Part shown: piece by piece, positions 57,530-64,000 of the stretch | How positions within the stretch are numbered: position 1 is the stretch's first letter | Layout of the letters: each line of letters starts with the position of its first letter | Origin: Octopus vulgaris | Lineage: Eukaryota | Assembly (NCBI GenBank): GCA_951406725.2 | Contig: OX597827.1 | Coordinates: 28,520,001 to 28,584,000 of the forward strand | Length of the DNA stretch: 64,000 nucleotides | Direction of reading: 5' to 3' | The notes under the pieces: generated by a model | What the model was told of the DNA's origin: nothing | The model's database searches: none | The model's input: the letters and a program-made list of their open reading frames with translations, nothing else | Program-made: the position numbers and the translations under genes

Positions 57530-58317
57530 GAAGTACACAGATAGATAGTAATTTCATCACCGACCGTCGCCGGGAACCAGTCGTGCTGTGCTCGGATTCA
57601 CGTTGAGCATGAGCAGCAGCGTAGTCGTTTGTTTCGTCTGCCATATCCTCGAAAAGTTCCTCCATGAGAATCTCGTGGAATATTTCCAAAAGCGAACTGT
57701 TATTGTCCAGGTTCGCTTTTATCCCGGAGTTGCCGAAGAATCCATATCGTCGCAGAAAATTGTCTATTCTCCGCCACACCACATTCTGCTGGCCAGGACC
57801 ATCGACACTTGCCCTTCTGTTGTTTCGCAGCAATTGCAAAGTACCCGGATCAGAGACAACCGAATCAGAGTTCAGCAAAAGCTAAGAGCCAGAATCACCA
57901 TAAGATGAGTCAAAATCACGAGAAAAGCCTGAGCCTGAATCAGCATTACCTCTCGATTCAGCAGCAGCAGCTGACGATCGAGGATATGGGTGTGGTCGGG
58001 CGCGAAGCAGCTCATGTCCTCGGACGCGACCGCAAATTTGCTGAAGGAGTATCACCGGCCTCCGCAGCAGCTGCAGCGACACTGGAAGTACAAGGCCGCG
58101 GCTCAGTTTCACGTGTAGGTGTCGGTCGAGCGTATGTTTGACGCGACGACGAACGAGTTGGCGTTGAGCGAGTTGACGTAGGAGTCGGTCGTGCCGACGT
58201 TTGACGCGACGACGAGTTGGTTGCCGCAGGTGTTGTCGGGCGCGATGACGAGCGTAAATTCGCTGATGGAGGAACGACGTGCGAACGCAGAACTTGTTAT
58301 AATTGATTTGAAGACAT
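57530..58317 (-). pseudogene. piggyBac-like transposase N-terminal relic
   Basis: Ser/Thr/Arg-rich N-terminus with stops, then FFGNSGIKANLDNNSSLLEIFHEILMEELFEDMADETNDYA and, frameshifted, WFPATVGDEI, resembling the DDE_Tnp_1_7 start. Confidence 0.7.
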
Positions 58318-59684
58318 TTTGAATTATGATGCCTTTACGCTGGAGACCGTTAGTTTTGTACCTCCTGTACCAATGCATATGCATGTAAAGTGTCCGCATG
58401 TCATTGGTCTACTGCTAGTCTCATGACTTGAACGTAACCTTAAATAGCTAAGATGATGCACGGGACGGCGAGCGCGCGCACCTCAAGAGATAAAGTACAC
58501 GATAGCGAACTTAAACATATGTCAGCCGATAAAAAGTCTGCGATAGATGTAGGGCAGCCGTACATCGTATATTTACATTAACCGCGGGTAGGCAAGCAAA
58601 TGTGTGATCACATATTTGCGTCAACAGTTGTCAAGGGGTGAAGCACTTGAATGTGCCACCATGTGTTACTGCCTAGGACTAATGCCACGTTGCACAATCT
58701 CAGGACAGTTCCAGTAATTTTGCTGAGTCATAGGCTTACAAAAGCAGTGTCAGTGACTCTTGCTCTTAGTAAGAAAACGGGCAGGGTTTGAACACAGAAT
58801 ATAAAGGACCGTAACTAAGTATCGCAGCATATTTTCCCTGATATATCACCAGTTCTACCATCACACACTTATATTTTCTCATAATATTCAAATTTCGTCT
58901 GATGCTGGTGCACTGCAACTACCCTTCATATTACATCCCAACCCCAGTTGGAGCAACCTAATTTCCTAATTAATGCCTCTGGGAAAGATATGAATGTCAC
59001 TACTTCCTGTCTTCCTCCTTTTAATGATGTTGCCTGTTGTTTTTGTCAACTCCAATGGAAACCGATATTTTAATCATTTGTGAAATTACTTCAATCTTTG
59101 CAATTTTATTGAAACCAATTTTGAAGTAAATTTGTAACGAAACACCAAAAGATATTAAAAGAATTTCAAATATTCTTTGTCATAGACTATTAAACCTTGT
59201 CACAAAGGAAAAATAAACATAAAGCTGATAGAAAGATGGAGGAAGGGGAGCAGATGATATATGAGTGTTTGCATGTTGTATTTCTGCATTTGTTATAAGG
59301 ATATGAATTGTTAAAATCAGAAGAAATACAATGGAATACAAATTCAGTTGAAATCGAATTACAATTTGAAATGAAAATGTAATTCAACAGATTGGAAAAA
59401 TAATATTATGTGCTTTCAAAATTATTAATTTTCTGTAATGACTGCGAATGTAGAGAAATTGGCAGATTCGGTGTCACGGCTTGTGATAAAATGGATTATA
59501 GCTATTCAACATCTCTGCGCTCTGTGTTCAAATCACACCGGGGTAAAATTTGCCTTATGTTTTCCTGGAGTCAATGAATATATCATTAGCAGTCGAGTAC
59601 TACTGGAATCTATTCTACTTTGTCCCCGGGAGAAGGTCATTGCGGTACCACTTAAGTACTCTATCTCGAGTATTTCAGACTTAT

Positions 59685-60075
59685 AGGTGCTGGCGTGGCT
59701 GTGTAGTAAGAAATTTGCTTCCCAACGACATGGTTCCGGGTTCAGTCCCACTGCGTGAAGCGTTGGGCATGTGTCTTCCGCTATAGCCACGGGCCGACCA
59801 AGTGGATATGGTAGACGGAAACTGAAAGAAGTACATCCTATATATATATGTATGTGTGTGTGTGTTTGTCCCATGTGTGTGTTTGTGCCACCACCACCGG
59901 TGTTGGTTTGTTTATTTCCCCGCAATTTAGCGAAAATGGCGGTCGACTTCTGAGACCAATGCAAAAAGTAACAGGCTTTAAAAAAATAGGTACCGAGTTC
60001 GATTCGTTGGAGAAAACTTCTTCAAAGCAGTGCCGCAGCATGGCCACAGTCTAATGGCAGAAACAAGTACAAAAT
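59685..60075 (+). mobile_element. Diverged SINE family A
   Basis: gtggctgtgtagtaag..ggttcagtcccactgcg..agacggaaactgaaagaag..cagcatggccacagt. Confidence 0.75.
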
Positions 60076-60210
60076 AGATATCCGATAAAAATCAGCCCTG
60101 TCCTGTGACTAAATAACAACGACAACAGTTGCCGCTACACTACAAATATATCGGATCTTTATAATTGTTCTAGGATTATCGTTTTAAGACAATAATATAT
60201 TATTCGAGAA

Positions 60211-60442
60211 AGGCGGCGAGCTGGCAGAAACGTTCACACACCGGGCGACATGCTTAGCGGTATTTCGTCTGTCTTTACGCCCTGAGTTCAAATTCCACCG
60301 AGGACGACTTAGCTTTTCGTCCTTTCGGGGTCGATAAATTAAGTACCAGTTATGCACTGAAGTCGATGTAATCGACTTGATCCCTTTGTCTGTACTTGTT
60401 TGTTCCCTCTGTGTTTAGCCCCTTGTGGGTAGTAAAGAAATA
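60211..60442 (+). mobile_element. SINE family B
   Basis: Matches 1396-1626. Confidence 0.85.
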
Positions 60443-60962
60443 GGCATTTTGTGTTTCTTTACGTTCGACTTTGCCTTTCATCCCTTCGGGGTTATTGGCT
60501 TCCACTGGTGCATTGTCTTAACATGAGTAATATTTGAATGTGACAACCTATTCAACATATGGTTAGAAGCTATTCACTTCCTCGTGTACGGAGGCTTGGA
60601 TACACACACACACACACACATGCACACATACATTCACACGAAACCTTATGTGTATGCCCATACACATTCATACACACACACCGTTATACACAGATCCTCA
60701 CACACACATGTTCACACTTAAAACGTTTCATATACATTAATACATAGATCATCCTACTTATATACATACCTCATAATACGCACACCTCATAATACGCACA
60801 CCTCATAATACGATGAACGCACACCTCATAATACGTACGGATACGGATACAAAACGTAAACACACAGTAACGTACAAGAATATATGCGCAAAATACGCGT
60901 AGACCGTTACAAACACCGATATACACCCCAAACCGTTTACACATTCAAGCTGTTATTACCTA

Positions 60963-61793
60963 TACGAGGTATGATCAATAAGTATCAGCACTGTTGCCAT
61001 AGAATCAAAGCTAAATCACGCACAGTAAAGCCGCTTGGCAAAGATTGATCTTGAACCCTGCATTAAGTTTTAACGTTCTAGCACACTTCCACTGTTTACA
61101 GCAGTGCTCGGAGGGAAGGTGTGTCGTATTGACAATGGCAGAGAAAGTTGTCATGGCGATACCTGCTCAGAAGCCTCCGCAAAGGTGCAGGAAGTGTATG
61201 AACAGGAGTATATGAAATGCACACAAGTGTACGAGTGGTTCAGACGCTTTTAAGATGGCCGAAAAAATGTCGATATTCTGGGAGATCCACAACCAGCAGA
61301 ACTGAGAAAAACATCGCAGATGTGTTTGCAGCTGTGAGGGGAAATCGTTGAATCACCATCTGGGAGTTATCAGCCTATTACCACTGAAGATTTGGGTATG
61401 AGACGCGTGTCTACCAAATTTGTGCCAAAACTGCTTTCAGCTGACCAAAAGGACACACGGGTTTCAGTTGCACAAGATCTCCTTAATTGTGTTGAACGAT
61501 GAAAAGATTTTGAAAATCTTGTGTAGGCATCTGAGCAGGTATTACCAAGCTTTTGGCAAAACTTGATGCAGATTCTCTCCTCAACTTCTTCTGTCATGTA
61601 CAATGCGACGATCACATGCTACACACGTTCCTTCAAAGCACTGTTGTAAACAGTGAAAGTAAGCTAGAACGTTCAAACTTAGTGAGCATGCACAGCAGTG
61701 TTGAATATCAATCTATGCCAAGCGGTTTTACTCTGCGTGCTGTAGCTTCGTTACTTTGACAACGGTCCGGATAGTTATTGATCAGACTACGTA
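60963..61793. mobile_element. Non-autonomous mariner derivative with TIRs and TA TSD
   Basis: TIRs tacgaggtatgatcaataagtatc / gatagttattgatcagactacgta; VYEWFRRF..GR, LGMRRVSTKFVPKLL; ERICIKFCQKLG on minus. Confidence 0.85.
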
Positions 61794-62902
61794 TATTCAT
61801 ACAAACTGTTACAGATACACATACCAACAGACAAAAGTTTACACACTCATGCATACATATTTACACACACACACACATAAACACATACAAATCGTTATAC
61901 ATACGAGTTTATAAACACAAAAAGCATTGTACACATGCATGTCCACACATGCGCACACACACTCACATTGTACGTGAAAGGACTAAAGACTTTCGTGCTC
62001 CCTTGTTTCACTCCTACTCCTCCGCCTTCTCCATTTTCTTCTTTTTCTTCATTTTCTTTCTTTCTTCTCCACTTCCTCCTTTTTCTTCTTCTTCTATTAC
62101 TACTGTTGCTGCTGCTGCTACTACTACTACTACTACCACTACTACTCCTTTTTCTTCCGCTCTTTTGCTTCTCGTTCTCCTTTTTCTCCTCCTCCTTTCG
62201 TTCTCCTCCTCCCCTCCTTCCCCTTCTTACTTTTGTTTTCTTTCTTTTTCTTTTATTTTTTCTGCCTGTTCATCATCGTCTTGACCATCTTCTGTCTTTT
62301 CTTCTTCTTCTTCTTCTTCTTCTTCTTCTTCTTCTTCTTCTTCTTCTTCTTCTTCTTCTTCTTCTTCTTCTTCTTCTTCTTCTTCTTCTTCTTCTTCTCC
62401 TTCTTCTTTTTTTCCTCATCCTCCTCCTTCTCCACCTCCTCGTTTCTCTGAGTGTTTTTTGTTGTTGTTTCTCTTTTTTATCTCATTGAAAGATTCATCT
62501 GTAAAATTATCTTTCAAGGAAGAGGAACTTTGACAAGTGTTGCCGAGAAATATCTCACGTTTCATTTGCCAGTTGGATTAGTGTAAAGAAATGATGATAA
62601 ATGGATACGTGTTGTTAGTTTTATGATTAGCAAAGGACATTTCGATCAGTTTTCTTTCCACATTTAACTTGTGATTTTACATTAAAAGCCGCGACTGCGA
62701 AATTGAGAAAATGAGGAATTGCGAGTTGGCTGAATGGTGGAAAGGACGAAGGACCGTGCGGTAGGTCGGTCGGTCGGTCGAACTGATAAAGTGTTTGATA
62801 TGGTTGGCGCTTGCAATCACTACTCTGAGGCCTTGCGAGTTCTTTCAAGATGTTGAAACGCTTACAGTATCTTTCTTTCTTAGTCCCTGTCTCTATCTAT
62901 CC

Positions 62903-63025
<123 letters not shown>

Positions 63026-63027
63026 TC

Positions 63028-64000
63028 TGGCACCGCGAGTGTCGCGTTGCTCTCAAGCAACTATGCCGTCCCGGGTCGATCTTCAGTGACTTCAACACAA
63101 CCCAAGCATTCTATAGGGGATTAGTGGAGGGGAGGTACGACGACGAGCTCGGGGCGAACCTGGACGTCGACGAGGAATACCTGACCCGCCTGTTCAGGAC
63201 GACTTTCGGGCCAGGGCCCATGAACAACTTCCAGAGATCTCTGGCCTGGCAGTGCTACCGAGAAGCGCTACCCGTTCGGGATAAGCTCTACAGACACGGC
63301 TCGAGAAACATGGGGCCGACCTGCCTGAGATGCAGTCAGAGCGACGAAACCGTTCTACACGCACACGTGCAGTGTCCAACGATTTCCGACCTGTGGGCTT
63401 ATGTCGAACAACTGCTGTCACGTGTGGGACGAGTCGGTTTATCAGCCGAGTCTATCGTCAATATTGTCACGTCTCCTTCCTTCAAACGGGAAGGAAGAGC
63501 TATTTTCATCATCCTTGTGGCTATGGCTAAAGAATGTATATGGTGGACGCGTCTGAAAGGATTGGAGACAAACACTTTCCTCTCTGGTCAACCTCACATC
63601 AACTTCTCGAAGTACCACTTGAAAAGGAAAGTGAGAGTAGAGAGGCAAGTTTTGTCTAGCGAACGTTTTAAAAAAAGATGGGTGAATGTAGCAAGGATGG
63701 CACGTATGAATGACGAAGCCACCTTGAGCATAATCCTATGAACCCGGAAATTGAAAACAGAGGGTTACCCACTTGCGAACAAATGTGGTAACATATAACA
63801 ATATTAACCAAGGTTACCGTGGTCTTTTTCGTAGGCTTTTCTTCCCACGGATAAACCTTACTTGCTTTCCCCTTTACACCATGCATCATGACACTGTGAT
63901 ACACGATCCCTATTGATCGTTTTCTTTTTCTCTTCCCCTTTTTTTACCTCTTTTTTCTTCTTTTTCATGTTTCTTTTCCTTTGTTCCTTTTCCTTTTCCC
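63028..64000 (+). mobile_element. 5'-truncated L1/Tx1 LINE family 1 (copy C), running off window
   Basis: ORF 63124-63741 nearly identical to copies A and B; preceded by (ATCT)n/(TA)n. Confidence 0.92.

Noticed and set aside
57450-58399. Possible host gene exon in a GC-richer island
   Set aside because: Stops and frameshifts plus ETN.YA and W..T..EI motifs indicate a piggyBac relic

Overview
AT-rich eukaryotic (animal) DNA dominated by microsatellites ((TA)n, (ATCT)n, (AAT)n, (CA/CATA)n, (GAA)n) and transposable elements; the repeat repertoire resembles coleoid cephalopod (Octopus-like) genomes, which is my inference. No host protein-coding exon could be supported, and most ORF-track entries are microsatellite translations. 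Recognisable elements: Penelope-like elements (PLEs; Neptune-type RT, Naiad-type RT+GIY-YIG, other fragments), two L1/Tx1 LINE families (one full-length with a 20-bp TSD), R4/Dong LINEs, RTE and CR1-like fragments, a Helitron Rep/Hel fragment, mariner/Tc1 and piggyBac relics, and several tRNA-derived SINE families. The main unexplained signal is a set of non-coding elements in (TA)n tracts, arranged as head-to-head inverted copies and carrying type I hammerhead ribozymes. The clearest is a ~352-bp circularly permuted, retrozyme-like unit at three loci, showing compensatory base changes; two of the loci abut PLE RT ORFs. Coordinates were read by eye and may be off by a few bases.
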